Shown here: one piece after another, positions 12,179-26,835 of the stretch
Position numbering within the stretch: the stretch's first letter is position 1
How the letters are laid out: every line of letters begins with the position of its first letter
Source of the DNA: Tubiluchus corallicola
Taxonomy: Eukaryota > Animalia > Priapulida
Reading direction: 5' to 3'
Assembly: GCA_030141605.1 (NCBI GenBank)
Contig: JAQGDQ010000919.1
Coordinates: 1 to 64,000 of the forward strand
Length of the DNA stretch: 64,000 nucleotides
Made by a program: the position numbers and the translations under genes
The notes under the pieces: model-generated
What the model was told of the DNA's origin: nothing
Databases searched by the model: none
Seen by the model: only the letters and a program-made list of their open reading frames with translations

Positions 12179-12431
12179 TTAAAGTTGATGGTGCGGCAGG
12201 ACTGGTGTCTCTGTCATTATCAAATATAATCATCTAAAGTGAGAAAGTGAACTAGCAAAGATGCCTCGGTTACATTAGGACGGTTGTAGATCTTTTTTCT
12301 GGGAACGGACTCGAGGCGGACAAAATCATCCAGAAAGAACGTTAAACCTAGCAGTCACCCATCCGTTTACTAACTAGGTTTTGTGTTACCTGTTTTTTAA
12401 TTGACAAGCGTGTGATTTCTGATGGTTTCAG

Positions 12432-12536
12432 GTTCATAACGTCTTGAGCGGCCAAGAGAATGAGGAAGAACTTGCTGAGCTCGAGGAGCAGATCCTACAA
12501 ATGTTCGATCGTCTTTATCAGTCGTGGGTTAACAGG
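12432..12536 (+). CDS. TMEM245: TMEM245 coding exon
   Basis: tttcag/gtaatt; VHNVLSGQENEEELAELEEQILQMFDRLYQSWVNR, compare EKQVLELWDRLYHSW; phase 0 to 0. Confidence 0.94.
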
Positions 12537-12904
12537 GTAATTATTGTTCTTTTATAACAAAAATCTTCAATATTAGACACGTCTGCATTTCCTTTTTGAA
12601 ATTGTTATCAAAAAGTTGGCACCAAAATTTCTTGCTGCTCTGATATTGCTGTTTTTATCTTATGTCTTTCTTTCCGTTTTTCGTGCTTGACGTGTGACAT
12701 AAAAGCATAAAATCCATTCGAATTTGAATTTGTGGCTATTTGAATTTGGGTGTCGAAGAGGCACTGTAACGGGAAGGCAAAAGAGGTTGAAAGCATTTTG
12801 TTAGAGTTAACGAAATGGCTCGAACAGACGATAATTTTTGTGGTGCAACATTTTAGTTACCAACTTGTTGAGATTAGTTAAGTTAAGTTTAAGCTAAGAA
12901 CAGT

Positions 12905-13300
12905 TATAATAAAAATACAGATAATTTCACTGAAGTAAATATAAATATAAATGCAATATTATTCAGAAATTACAAAAGAGATTCTTATGCAGCATATACA
13001 TGTGCAAATTACATTACAGAGTAATTTTGATGCATACAGTTTGAGCCTAAAAGCTTGACAGGCCAAACTGTACGTGGAAATCTTAAAGAAGTGATTAGTA
13101 ATTGAGATAATGATAATATATACATAAAAGTGGGAGGAGTGAATGAAAGATGAAATGGAGCGAGAACTAAGAAAAACTGTGATGTGGGGGGAGTAGTGTT
13201 CAGTAACCTGTTGAGCATAGTCACGTTTTATTAAGATTACTGTGGAAAAAGAATGCAGGTGATTACCATTATCAAACTGTGTTACTCTCAATACTTTTGA
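12905..13300 (-). mobile_element. Probable LINE 3' end / 3' UTR fragment
   Basis: 12905-13170 closely matches 46125-46390 and the two share one end. Confidence 0.55.
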
Positions 13301-13432
13301 AACATTTTTATATTGTATTCACTATCTATTTACGTTACTGATGGTATAATGTTCATTGCTTTGTACTGGCTGAGGTACATCCGTTAACCGCAAAGTCATG
13401 AAATGTGGCTAGATGATAAGGTTTCGCAAGAA

Positions 13433-13862
13433 CTGTTTGGGCTTTCATAAACCAAATTCGAAGCTCGATTAAATTTTGCTCTTTCTTTGCTCTTTATTTG
13501 CCAAAACATGTCATTCCATCTAAACATAAGAAATTAGTGCCAAAAATAACAAAAAATTATAATAGCCAAAAGTCAATTTTACATAATTAAGAGCTATACA
13601 CTACACTGTCATATTAATTAATACCTAGCTGTTATTTTAAACTAAATTTAAGTTTATTAAAGTAATTAGAGAATATACATACGTTATTAGCCCCAAATCA
13701 TGAGCAATTGTAAACAGATAACGACAATATCTTATAACTTATCATGACACGTCTTCACTTCACAGTAGGCCTTTGACCCAGATCAAATTGATCACGTGAT
13801 TAGGCCAAAAATCACCACAAGGTGGCCAAAGCCGACAACAAGCGAAAGCCGCCAAGCACGCC
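13433..13862. repeat. Young unclassified dispersed repeat of about 430 bp
   Basis: Near-identical to 29412-29838. Confidence 0.85.
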
Positions 13863-14217
13863 AGTGCAAGATTTCCAGTACAAGAATGCTGAATAAGCTC
13901 TTCTAATGTGCGGAAGAGTCAAAAGGGTCTATATCTGCAGAACTTTCCTAAGTACAGTGCATTAACAAAAATTTGTGCTTGTGTATCAAATTAAATTTAG
14001 CAAAAAATACACGTGAAACATTTTCTTCTCGAAAATTACTAAAACTCATACTGTTGTGTGACGGGATAATTCCCTTGTTTAATTGTCCCATTTTGTCCAG
14101 AAAAAGATAGTCGATGTGCAGGCCACTAAGCCTAAGCCACCGCCACCAGCAAATGATACATTGCCCTGCTTTATTAGTTGGCTGCGGTCTTTGTTTCAGT
14201 GGGTATGTATATAGGAA

Positions 14218-15562
14218 GCCATTGGCTGAGCATGCTGTAGATGTCATTGGCTGAGCATGCTGTAGATGTCATTGGCTGGGCATGCTGTAGATGTCATTGG
14301 CTAATCAAGCTGTAGATGTCATTGTCTGGGCATGGTGTACATGCCATTGGCTGACCATGCTGTAGATGTCATTGGCTGAGCACGCTGTAGATGCCACTGG
14401 CTGGGCATGGTGTACATGCCACTGGCTGAGCATGCTGTAGATGTCATTGGCTGAGCATGCTGTAGATGTCATTGGCTGAGCATGCTGTAGAGGCCATTGG
14501 CTGAGCATGCTGTAGATGTCATTGGCTAATCAAGCTGCAGATGTCATTGGCTGGGCATGCTGTACATGGCATTGGCTAAGCATGCTGTAGATGCCATTGG
14601 CTAGGCACGCTGTAGATGCCATTGGCTGGGCATGCTGTAGATGCCATTGGCTGGGCATGCTGTAGATGTCATTGGCTGGGCATGCTGTAGATGTCATTGG
14701 CTGGACACGCTGTAGATGCCATTGGCTAATCAAGCTGTAGATGTCATTGGCTGGGCATGCTGTACATGCCATTGGCTGAGCATGCTGTAGATGCCATTGG
14801 CTGGGCATGCTGTAGATGCCATTGGCTAATCAAGCTGTAGATGTCATTGGCTGAGCACGCTGTAGATGCCATTGGCTGGGCATGCTGTAGATGTCATTGG
14901 CTGAGCATACTGTAGATGTCATTGGCTAATCACGCTGGAGACACCATTGGCTGAGCATGCTGTAGATGCCATTGGCTAAGCATACTGTAGATGCCATTGG
15001 CTAATCAAGCTGTAGATGCCATTGGCTGAGCACTCTTTAAGTATCATTGGATGAGTATGCTGTTGATGTCATTGGCTGAGCATGCTGTAGATGCCATTGG
15101 CTAAGCATACTGTAGATGCCATTGGCTAATCACGCTGGAGACACCATTGGCTGAGCATGCTGTAGGTGCCATTGGCTAAGCATACTGTAGATGCCATTGG
15201 CTAATCACGCTGGAGACACCATTGGCTGAGCATGCCGTAGATGCCATTGGTTAAGCATACTGTAGATGCCATTGGCTAACCACACTGGAGACACCATTGG
15301 CTGAGGATGCTGTACCTGCCATTGGCTATGCATTCTGTAGATGTCATTGTCTAATCCTAATCACGCTGTAGATGTTATTGGCTGAGCATGTTGTAGTTAC
15401 CATAGGCTAAGCATACTGTAAATGCCATTGACTAAGCATCCTGTAAATGCCTTCGGTTGAGCATGCTGTAGATGCCATTGACTGAGCATGATGTAGATTC
15501 CATTGGCTAAGCATACTGTAAATGCCATCGGCTAATCACGCTGTAGATGCCATTGGCTGAGC
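14218..15562. repeat. 25-bp minisatellite, about 54 copies
   Basis: Unit ATTGGCTGAGCATGCTGTAGATGTC with variants; more diverged toward the right end. Confidence 0.97.
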
Positions 15563-16159
15563 ACATGTCTGCACGGCATAGAGAATTGTTTTGATAGGAT
15601 TATTTGATAGACCTAAGAAAAAGAATTAGTAGCATAGTAATTTATCTTGATTCTGATTTTACCGTATGACACTCGTGTTTCACTAATGTCTAACCTTCAG
15701 CGAAGTAGCTTTTTGTTTGTTTTTCTGTCTATTAGATGTCACCACTAGACAGGGTTAAATGAAGCAGGAATATGAGTGGTTAGGTTAACTAACTGTATTT
15801 ACGACTGGTAGTATTTTATATCTAGCCAGAAACATGGTTGTGCACGGCTCCACACATCTCTGTGCACCCTATGATAAGCAGATACAACTTATTGACTTCA
15901 GACCTAACTGAAATTTGAGATTGCTTATGGACATTTAAAAAAAAAATTTGTTTGAGGGAAATTTCTGGATACGTGTGAACGCTGTAGGAAAAGATTGCCG
16001 AACATTTGTAAGCATTTTAGATACGTGTTGAGCCGCTGAAAATAACGTGTTTCGTAATCAGGCTGCATCGTAGTTTGTTTAAGGTCACCACTGTCTTCTG
16101 TTAAATTCCTTCACACATCTGAATAGCTCAGTGGCATGAGTTGATGAATAGTCACTCTG

Positions 16160-16549
16160 AATAAGCATTTTCACAGTTCCAGCGATTGACAATAAATGTG
16201 AAAAGGTCAAAGGTTAAGTATACCAGAGAGCACATTGCTATGCACTTGACAACGCTTCGCAGCCCAAACTGTTGTGATACTAGCAGTTTTAACAGCTTGC
16301 TAAAACCTTAGCTAGCTCATTTTTTTCTTATTCCCAAGCAAGAGTAAATCACCCTAGTAAATCACTCTATGCACAGACTAATGCATAATTAAGTAAAACA
16401 ACTGACGTTACTGAACTGATGCAGCAGACGGCTTTGCGTTACCCACATGTCATGTGACGGTTGTAGTTAAAACGTGTTGCTGTGGTACGCGTAACCTTTG
16501 ACCAGCATCAACTGCTCGTGCGCACAGCGAAACTGTGAAAAGACTTATT
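16160..16549. mobile_element. MITE family C
   Basis: AATAAGCATTTTCACAGTT...AACTGTGAAAAGACTTATT. Confidence 0.78.
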
Positions 16550-16706
16550 GGGCATGATGTTATGACTGTGTTATTATCAGGAGTGGTCACGGCGCATAAT
16601 TAAATACCAAAAAAGTGTCTTTTGATTTCCATTTGTTCTTGTAGTTAATATACTGCATTATACAGCACTTGTAGACTATCTAATTTGACACCATGAGAAA
16701 GTTTAA

Positions 16707-17563
16707 CTATAGGTTTTACACGTCAAATGTTGACCTGCGTTAACTCAAATATAGATTTAGGTAATTCAAATGTGTCTTGGTAACTCAAATGTAGACTTAG
16801 GTGGTTCAAATGTGTTAACAATGGTTTTCAACAAATCTTGGTAAGTCAAATGTAGACACATGTCAAGTCAATTCTTAACTTATTTATGTACAACACTTTT
16901 AAATGTTCTTATCAAATAAACATTTTCTTTACATTTGAAAAATATATTAACGTCCATACAAACAGTTGCACATTAATTAAATATAATAAACATTGATGCT
17001 GCCGATAGCACCATGACCATAAAATATAATTTTAATTTGGTTTTATCTTTTTGTAATTTGCACTTAAATGAGTTAATTACCGATTTATTCAAAGTACCGC
17101 ATCTACATTTGAGTTATCAAAACACATTCGAAATTCCTATGTCTACATTTGACTTACCTAAGTCACATTTGAACTTTCCTGTGTCTACATTTGACTTACC
17201 TAAGTCACATTTGAACTTTCCTGTGTCTACATTTGACTTACCTAACTCACATTTGAACTTTCCTGTGTCTACATTTGACTTACCTAAGTCACATTTGAAC
17301 TTTCCTGTGTCTACATTTGACTTACCTAAGTCACATTTGAACTTTCCTGTGTCTACATTTGACTTACCTAAGTCACATTTGAACTTTCCTGTGTCTACAT
17401 TTGACTTACCTAAGTCACATTCGAAATTCCTATGTCTACATTTGACTTACCTAAGTCACATTTGAGTTACCAAAACACATTCGAAATTCCTATGTCTACA
17501 TTTGACTTACCTAAGTCACATTTGAACTTTCCTGTGTCTACATTTGACGTGTAAAACCTATAG
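16707..17563. mobile_element. TIR element with a subterminal 42-bp tandem array
   Basis: Perfect TIR CTATAGGTTTTACACGTCAAATGT; unit TCCTGTGTCTACATTTGACTTACCTAAGTCACATTTGAACTT at about 17135-17545, with diverged inverted units at the left end. Confidence 0.85.
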
Positions 17564-18001
17564 CTAACTAATGGTTAATGAAAAAATAATGGTCGAGTTT
17601 GGAATGTCATTTTGAATTATCATAACAAGTTTCAGTCATATTATTACTTGCGTTATTGATATTATTAGTTTTTTTACTGCCGAAGGTTAGATTTTGTTCT
17701 GTTACCATATTTTCTAACGTGTATTGTTAGTCGATTTTCTGATTTGGAATTTATGTTTACATTTTTGCTGCATCAGTCAAAAAAAACTTGTCTTTTAATT
17801 TGTGCTTTTTTATATTATAATTTGTTTTTTAATTTGTAAGGTGCCTTTGATCAATTTTCTGTATTTGCCGTCTAAAATGCGGAATAAATTATTATTATTA
17901 TTTCTTTTCTCGCGTTTGCGGTTAATATTTTGCGTTTTTCCTTCTGACTGACAGCAGGGTGTTTTTTGTTTGTGATTTTGTTTTTTCTTGTAACATTTCA
18001 G

Positions 18002-18133
18002 AGTTCTGTCGACTCGACCGCTACGGCTCCGATGTTTGAACTTCCCTCGTGGGAGAGCATGAAGCGCGTCGGGCAGCTCCACCTGGAGGATCTCATGTCG
18101 TTCGTTAAAGAAAACATCGAAACATTTCAGTCG
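18002..18133 (+). CDS. TMEM245: TMEM245 coding exon
   Basis: tttcag/gtaggt; ...LHLEDLMSFVKENIETFQS, compare LDWQDIVSFVHENIETFLS; phase 0 to 0. Confidence 0.94.
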
Positions 18134-18305
18134 GTAGGTTAATCAAATCAAATCTAATCATTTATTGTTTTCCCTCACATACAACATCGATTAAAGCTTA
18201 GTAGCATAATTATAATAGCCAATCAAATGGGAAGGGGTGGCGAAGAACATGCGTTATCTAAGATGGTTAGCCATCGATACGATTAAGATTTTTCAAGTCG
18301 TAGTT

Positions 18306-18507
<202 letters not shown>

Positions 18508-19272
18508 CTTTTTATTTATCTTGTAACACACGCACAGTTATAATACAATTAATTTGGAAATAAAAATGTGAAGAAAGGGCAGTTTAAGACCAATTGGTCA
18601 TCTAGTCAGCTGCCCTTTGGTTAGTGATGAACATTTCTTATAAGCGCTATGCTACAGTGTGTTAGTGTTAGTACTGCTTATAATAAAAATTAATTATTAC
18701 GAATGACATTAAATTGATATGCTTATAACGTGTTAGTACAATTCATACACAGTAATAATAAGTGCATAATAAAAGAATCAAACTGAAAATAACTGAAATA
18801 AAACTAAACTGAAATAAAAATCTGACAACATTTTGACTTTTTACCTCCGTCACGACCTTTGTGTTGGGTTCTGTTTGTTAGTTAACAAGATTGTGCAAAA
18901 ACTACTTCAACTGTCACCATGGAACTTTCTGCCGGTGTGAGAAATTAGACAAGGAAGAACTCTTTCAATTTTGGCAATGAACGATCAAGAATTGGGAAAG
19001 AAAATCAGTTTTCATTGATTAAGTTCAGTTTTGCATGGGAAAATTCTGTGTGATGTCACAATAGCTTATTGCGGAAAAATTGGGAAAGGCAAGGATCATA
19101 AACAGATGACATCAGAACAAGTGGTGATGTCGTAACCTAAGAGGCTGTGTAGTTTAGTACTCATTCCCCCCTCCCTTTACCCCTAAGACGTGTCACAGGT
19201 TATGAATGCTACTTAGTGCCTTTTTAGTTTTTATGCATTTACTGGGCACATATCATATTCGATGTTGCTCAA

Positions 19273-20815
19273 CGTATGGAAATGTATCGTAGACTCGTAT
19301 GGAAATGTTTAGTAGATTCCTATAGAACTGTATCGTAGACTCATATAGAAATGTATCATAGACTCGTATGGAAATGTATCATAGACTCTTATAGAAATGT
19401 AATGTAGACTCGTATAGAAATAATGTATCGTAGACTTGTATGGAAATGTATCATAGACTCGTATGGAAATGTATAGTAGACTCGTATGGAAATGTATCAT
19501 AGACTCGTATGGAAATGTATAGTAGACTCGTATGGAAATGTATCGTAGACTCGTATGGAAATGTATAGTAGACTCGTATGGAAATGTATCGTAGACTCGT
19601 ATGGAAATGTATCGTAGACTCGTATACACTCGTATGGAAATGTGTAGTACACTCGTATGGAAATGTGTAGTAGACTCGTATGGAAATGTATAGTAGACTC
19701 GTATGGAAATGTATAGTAGACTCGTATGGAAATGTATCATAGACTCGTATGGAAATGTATCGTAGACTCGTTTGGAAATGTATCGTAGACTCGTATGGAA
19801 ATGTATAGTTGACTCGTATCGAAATGTATCGTAGACTCGTATGGAAATGTTTAGTAGATTCTTATAGAAATGTATCGTAGACTCGTATGGAAATGTATAG
19901 TAAACTCGTATAGAAATGTATCGTAGACTCGTATGGAAATGTATAGTAGACTCGTATGGAAATGTATCATAGACTCGTATGGAAATGTATCGTAGACTCG
20001 TATGGAAATGTATCGTAGACTCGTATGGAAATGTATCGTAGACTCGTATGGAAATGTATCATAGACTCGTATGGAAATGTATAGTAGACTCGTATGGAAA
20101 TGTATAGTAGACTCGTATGGAAATGTATAGTAGACTCGTATAGAAATGTATAGTAGACTCGTATGGAAATGTATCATAGACTCGTATGGAAATGTATCGT
20201 AGACTCGTATGGAAATGTATCGTAGACTCGTATGGAAATGTATCGTAGACTCGTATACACTCGTATGGAAATGTATCGTAGACTCGTATGGAAATGTATC
20301 GTAGACTCGTATGGAAATGTATAGTAGACTCGTATGGAAATGTATAGTAGACTCGTATGGAATTGTATCGTAGACTCGTATACATCGTATGGAAATGTAT
20401 AGTAGACTCGTATGGAAATGTATCGTAGACTCGTATGGAAATGTATCGTAGACTCGTATGGAAATGTATCGTAGACTCGTATACACTCGTATGGAAATGT
20501 ATCGTAGACTCGTATGGAAATGTATCGTAGACTCGTATGGAAATGTATAGTAGACTCGTATGGAAATGTATCATAGACTCGTATGGAAATGTATCGTAGA
20601 CTCGTATGGAAATGTATCGTAGACTCGTATACACTCGTATGGAAATGTATCGTAGACTCGTATGGAAATGTATAGTAGACTTGTATGGAAATGTATAGTA
20701 GACTCGTATAGAAATGTAATCTAGCCTCACGTAGAAATGTATCGCAGACTGGCATAAAAATGTATCGTAGACTCGTATAGAAATGTATCATAGACTCGTA
20801 TGGAAATGTATCATA
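19273..20815. repeat. 23-bp minisatellite, about 65 copies
   Basis: Unit GTATGGAAATGTATCGTAGACTC; explains the 23-aa periodic pseudo-ORFs. Confidence 0.97.
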
Positions 20816-20942
20816 GATTTGTATAGAACCATAAAATGTAACTACTACATCCAAATGTAGACTTTTGTTTTGTGGTTAGTATTGTCGGTATTGGTACTGA
20901 TGCCGGCTATGTCAATGTATGATTTTTTTTTATTTCTTTCAG

Positions 20943-21065
20943 GTACTAGGATCTGTGTGGGTGGTGATAGCCAGTAATGTCCATATTTTGACTAGCATAC
21001 TCACTTCTCTCATATATATGGTCTTAGGAAGCGGGACAGCTGTCTTTAATTTTTTGCTGTCGGGC
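20943..21065 (+). CDS. TMEM245: TMEM245 coding exon
   Basis: tttcag/gtaagt; VLGSVWVVIASNVHILTSILTSLIYMVLGSGTAVFNFLLSG, compare SGTALLNFVLS; phase 0 to 0. Confidence 0.94.
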
Positions 21066-21109
21066 GTAAGTTTCGTATATATTAATTCTACTGATTTGTT
21101 ATATGTATA

Positions 21110-21505
21110 TATATAAGATTCGAGGCTACAGCTTCGATGATGGCACCATTTGCGTCGATCAATACATCAAACGAAAGGTCTCCGTCTAGTGTCGTCTCAT
21201 TGGGGGTTTATTTTTCGAATCGGGTTACCGGAACGAACGGGGGGCGAAAAACCTCCAAAAATGGCCATTTTTCGGCCGTTTTTTGCAAAACTTATACGTC
21301 GATCTGAAGAACAGGAATGGGCCGGGGGTGGTGCTGGCTATGGATGTAGTGGATGTGGGTGTAGTAGGCATATTTAGAATTCGCGAGAGGGCCACGACGT
21401 CCCGTAATGCGTGTTTTCCCAGACCCAACTCGCGATTTTTTCAAAATTTTTGTCAAACAGCCTGCAGAAAAAACGCTTTAGCACCTGGTGGGACTCTCGT
21501 GTAAT
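21110..21505 (+). mobile_element. Putative Helitron-like non-autonomous repeat, second copy
   Basis: Matches 5195-5480; TA-rich start; no TIR. Confidence 0.55.
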
Positions 21506-23091
21506 AATAATTTATAAACTGTCGAGGGCCCGTGAATGCGTTGGCATTAAGTAAGCATTGAAACTTGTCGCTGCCCGAGCACCACTGCTGTAGATTAACT
21601 CACAAATGATCGATAATGCGCGAACGTTCCACGTAGTGTCTGGTTTATGCGGAAGCTATGTGAAACAATGAACTACAATGCTCTATGTAGGTGTAGTGTG
21701 CTTTCTCAATGGGAAATCTTGAAATTGGAGTGCCGGAAAACATCCCCTCTATTTTATTCACTGCGGTTTTTTACCCGTGTGTCTTGAATTTTACGCCTTG
21801 AAGATAATTTTTCTCTCATTCTGGCAACGTGCTGTGTGAACTCGGCCTTACTTTCTATCCCACACAACACCAAATATCATGTATTTTATGTACCTTCCGG
21901 TCATTCTGAATGAATCAGTAAATCTTTAAAGGTGCTGCCGGCTAAGAAAAATGACTTATTTGGAACCTGACTTGTGTCGCTTATTGTACCGAGTACGCGA
22001 TTGTAGTGTTATGTGACCCATTTAATTGTCAGTCTACTACACTAAAGTACTGAATTAGTCTATGCTGCCATCTACACTCATTGTTTTACTCTAATTGTAC
22101 AAAGTTTCTCAGAGATTGATTTCTGTTTCTAAATATTATTTCCTTTTGCTTTTATAGATATTCATTAATCAGAGTAATTAGATTATTAATTTCATGCTTT
22201 AATTCTGGTTCTAACTCTCTTATTCAAGTTTAAATAGATAAAAATTATAACATTATAACACAGCTTTCTGTAAACCAATAATCTTTATTCTGCTGTGAAA
22301 GAAGCCAAGTAAACTTTGATTTTGGTTTAACTAGTAGTCTGTAGAGTATAGGTGACCTTTCCATTTATGGTCTGTATGCATGAATTTAATGTACCTTCCA
22401 ATAGGAACTTGAATCTCTGGTCATGTGATTACAGCTCTATTCTCTCAGGCATGCAAGTTTCAGTTGATCTAGAGACAGCATTGAGAAAGGATGCAAAATT
22501 TTCTACTGTTAAATATTATATTGCTAACTTTATGACTGTTTGTTCAATTTTGTGATTGAGGTGAACATTGTATACGTTTTACAATAAAATGATTGCAATT
22601 TCTACATCTTGTCCAAATTGGTGGCTAAGGGAGTAGCGTAAAATGGGCCAAACTGAATTTTCATCTGTAGTTTGTGGTCCTTTTTGCAGCACTGATTATT
22701 ATTTCTTATCTTTTTTACATTCTGCATATTGAGCTTACAGTTAAAACTTGAAAGTGTTTACCTGCAAAAAATTGTTTTTCTTTTGGAAAGATAGTATCTA
22801 TTTTCAGAAGTAAAAGCTCTCTCTAATTACTGCTCTAATTATGATTATTCTAGCATCACTTTTTCCCCAGCCGCTTTGTAATCCAGCTTTTGAACTTTAT
22901 ATAATACAGCTACCCATTTTTGTGTGTCTTTTTTGATGTAAACAAGTCTGTTTTTACTCAACGAAGATGCTTAGTGGTTTTATTTTGTTTCATGTACATG
23001 ATTAAAGTGCCATCTGTAGGCTGAAATATAAAGTATTTTCCAAGACACAGTTTTCTTAATGCTCGGTAGTTAACATGATTCTTCATTTTAG

Positions 23092-23252
23092 GTTGTTTTC
23101 ATCACGACGCTGATAATCCTGCTCAGTGCTAGTGGTAATGTTTATCTACCTGTGCAGTGGTTTGCTTCATTTACACCTGCTGCTGCCGCCGCCAGAGGTT
23201 CAGGTGCTATGACGGCTACCATGTTTGGAGAGGCCGTAACCGAGGCGATCAG
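23092..23252 (+). CDS. TMEM245: TMEM245 coding exon
   Basis: ttttag/gtgcat; VVFITTLIILLSASGNVYLPVQWFASFTP...FGEAVTEAI; phase 0 to 2. Confidence 0.93.
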
Positions 23253-23352
23253 GTGCATCATTTATTCACCTGTTGGTATTAATTTGACTTCTGAGTTTAA
23301 CTGCAGGAACTGTGAGCATTTCCTTCTGAAGTGAGATGACTTTTCTGTGACA

Positions 23353-23820
23353 CGAGTGAGTGATTAATTAAAGAGTGAGTGAGTGAGTGAATGCGTGAGT
23401 GTGAGTGAGCGGTTAAGTAAGTGAGTGAGTGAATGCGTGAGTGTGAGTGAGCGGTTAAGTGAGTAAGTGAGTGAATGCGTGAGTGTGAGTTAGCGGTTAA
23501 GTGAGTGAATGCATGAGTGTGAGTGAGTGGTTGAGTGAGTGAGTGAATGCGTGAGTGTGAGTGAGCAGTTAATTGAGTGAATGAGTGAGTGAATGCATGA
23601 GTGAGCAGTTAAGTGAGTGAATGCGTGAGTGTGAGTTAGCGGTTAAGTGAGTGAGTGAGTGAATGCATGAGTGAGCGGTTAAGTGAGTAAGTGAGTGAAT
23701 GCGTGAGTGTGAGTTAGCGGTTAAGTGAGTAAGTGAGTGAATGTGTGAGTGTGAGTGAGCGGTTAAGTGAGTGAATGTGTGAATGCGCGAGGGTGAACGC
23801 ATGAATTCCAGAGTGTGAGT
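23353..23820. repeat. Complex (GAGT)n-based minisatellite
   Basis: Recurrent GAGTGAATGCGTGAGTGTGAGTGAGCGGTTAAGT. Confidence 0.92.
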
Positions 23821-24055
23821 GATGCTATAAATGTGGATGAATGTGGCCAACCAACCGTGCAAGGAAACGGGTAAATAAATGAATAGAATAAAGAACGAGT
23901 AAGTAAGCGGAAGCCATGCAGGCTAGCAAACGAGCAGCTAGGCAGACGATGCAGATGTTAACGACTCAAATGAGTGTGATCTAATAATGTAAACAAACGA
24001 TCTCAGGAATTTAACATTTCTAACTGTCGCACTATCAAATTTTGATTGTAACTAG

Positions 24056-24567
24056 CAGGGATGAGAATTTCCCGCGGATACACGGAATTCCGAGTTTTTG
24101 GAAGACCAGTAGTGCCATTTTTGTAAATCGCGTAAATTTGTTGAGAAAATTTTCACGGACCCAGTACATTATTTCACAAGCTGCCCGCTAGGTGGCAGGC
24201 CGTCACTTTGTTTACATCACGTACATCAGTGTAACCACGTGTATATCTCTATGTATAAAAATATAGAATCAATTGTGCGGAGTTATTTGAGTCAATTGCA
24301 GACAGTTTTTATATACTTTTGCATAGGAGCGGCCAGTACTTAGGTGGTTTTGAGACAATTAGGTATCATGTATCCTTGATAGTTGGGTATTTTAAATTAT
24401 GCATGAAACAAGGTAACTGATATTTTAAGTCCATTTAGAGAGGCTCTCTATGGTCACAAAATTGCAATTTGTTGCTTCGCCCCCTTGAACCCCCATGTGG
24501 GCCTACCCGGGCCCCCGAACCCCCGGCCTGTTTCAGAGTTTTTTGCAATTTGTCATTCTCATCCCAG
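24056..24567. mobile_element. MITE family B
   Basis: CAGGGATGAGAAT...ATTCTCATCCCAG; perfect 6-bp TSD AACTAG. Confidence 0.92.
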
Positions 24568-25270
24568 AACTAGGCTGAATGTAGCAGATCAGGCTTTTTA
24601 AGTCATGGAGAAATGAAAAATTTAAACATCGTTATAATTTGAAAACTGACAGTAAAACCTTACAAAGTTGCTGATAATATTTTTAAGCATTCCATTTCAG
24701 TAAGTTAAAGAATATTTTTAAGAAGTTTTAGAAAACTTATATGAATTGCCGACAATATTGAATGTTTAAAGCGATTGTGTTTCAGTAAAATATGATATTG
24801 GACTGCTGTCCGCATTTAACGGAGGCAGGACGGATGGCACCACGGCCCACACCGTGCGGCATGTCTAAATTAAGTCCTTCAACACCTTAACCAAAACAGA
24901 ACCCGAACAATAGAGTAGAAATGACAATTTATTACTACATATCGCACCCCCAATAAGGAACAAACAGCTTACCTAGAAGAACGGAGTTTGCGGCAAAGCC
25001 TGTGAAATGTGAACAGAGCTGCAATGAAAGACACGACCACTGACAAGGATCTACAGCAGACCTTCCCTTTTTATAAGCTCAGGTGTGCACGTGACTAGTG
25101 GCTTTTACTAACACAAGGTCAGAATACGAGTCTATGTGCTAGATAAAGCCACGTTCACATGCACACCTGAGAAGTCTACTGTATTCCCCTGCCAGTATTA
25201 CACTTCATTCCAACACAGCCCTGTAGTACAATATTATGGCATGCAGTGATAGTGGGAAAAAAATCAATAA

Positions 25271-25964
<694 letters not shown>

Positions 25965-26199
25965 CAGATGCCTTTTTTATTATAGTCTTTAAATTTGAAA
26001 CCGCTCGTGAAGTCACACAAACTCCGGAATGGGAAAAAACAAACTGAGCAATTTTACAGGTTTAAAGTGAATAATTACACTGAAATAGGTTGAAGACTTG
26101 ATAATAGCATTGAAGAAAACAGTAATACTATAATAACTATTGATGAAATAACAATTAATTAAACAAGAGATGAACCGTGGACTGTCATAGTAACCGAGA

Positions 26200-26400
26200 A
26201 ACACAGAGGCCTAGTGGTATGACTTCGGATTGTAAGCTGAAGGTCCCTGGTTCAAAGCCAGCTGTGTCCCGACTGTTTACGTTTTCCGTCTTTCACGTTT
26301 TGCATCAAAATTTAATCAAATGTGGGCTTGTTTTATCGATAATTACTGTAACATTACTAATTTGTCCTAAGCTATTATATGTAACGTAACAGGTGCCGCC
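26200..26400 (+). mobile_element. tRNA-derived SINE (degenerate)
   Basis: A-box-like GGCCTAGTGG and B-box GGTTCAAAGCC; related heads near 775, 37790 and 53310. Confidence 0.55.
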
Positions 26401-26650
26401 ACCTGCGTTCGGCATAATTATTGTTTGTGTCGCAATCACTTTGAACCTGCAAAGTTTCTCATTTCGTCGATTCTTCCCATTTGAGAGTTTATGTGTTAAA
26501 TTTCATGACTGGATTCAATTCTAAAGGCTGTGAAAATGGCATCTGCTAATTCTCTATGAATGACGATGAAATCAATTAAATTTGAAACATCTAGTTAATC
26601 TGTTTAGTGTAGATATTTAAATATTACATGTAAATATCATTGCTATCATT

Positions 26651-26835
<185 letters not shown>

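Noticed and set aside
19309-20854. Repeat-protein ORFs of 143-226 aa (also 14305-14808, 17013-17465 and 51531-52059)
   Set aside because: By-products of stop-free minisatellite units; they overlap in several frames and lie within introns.
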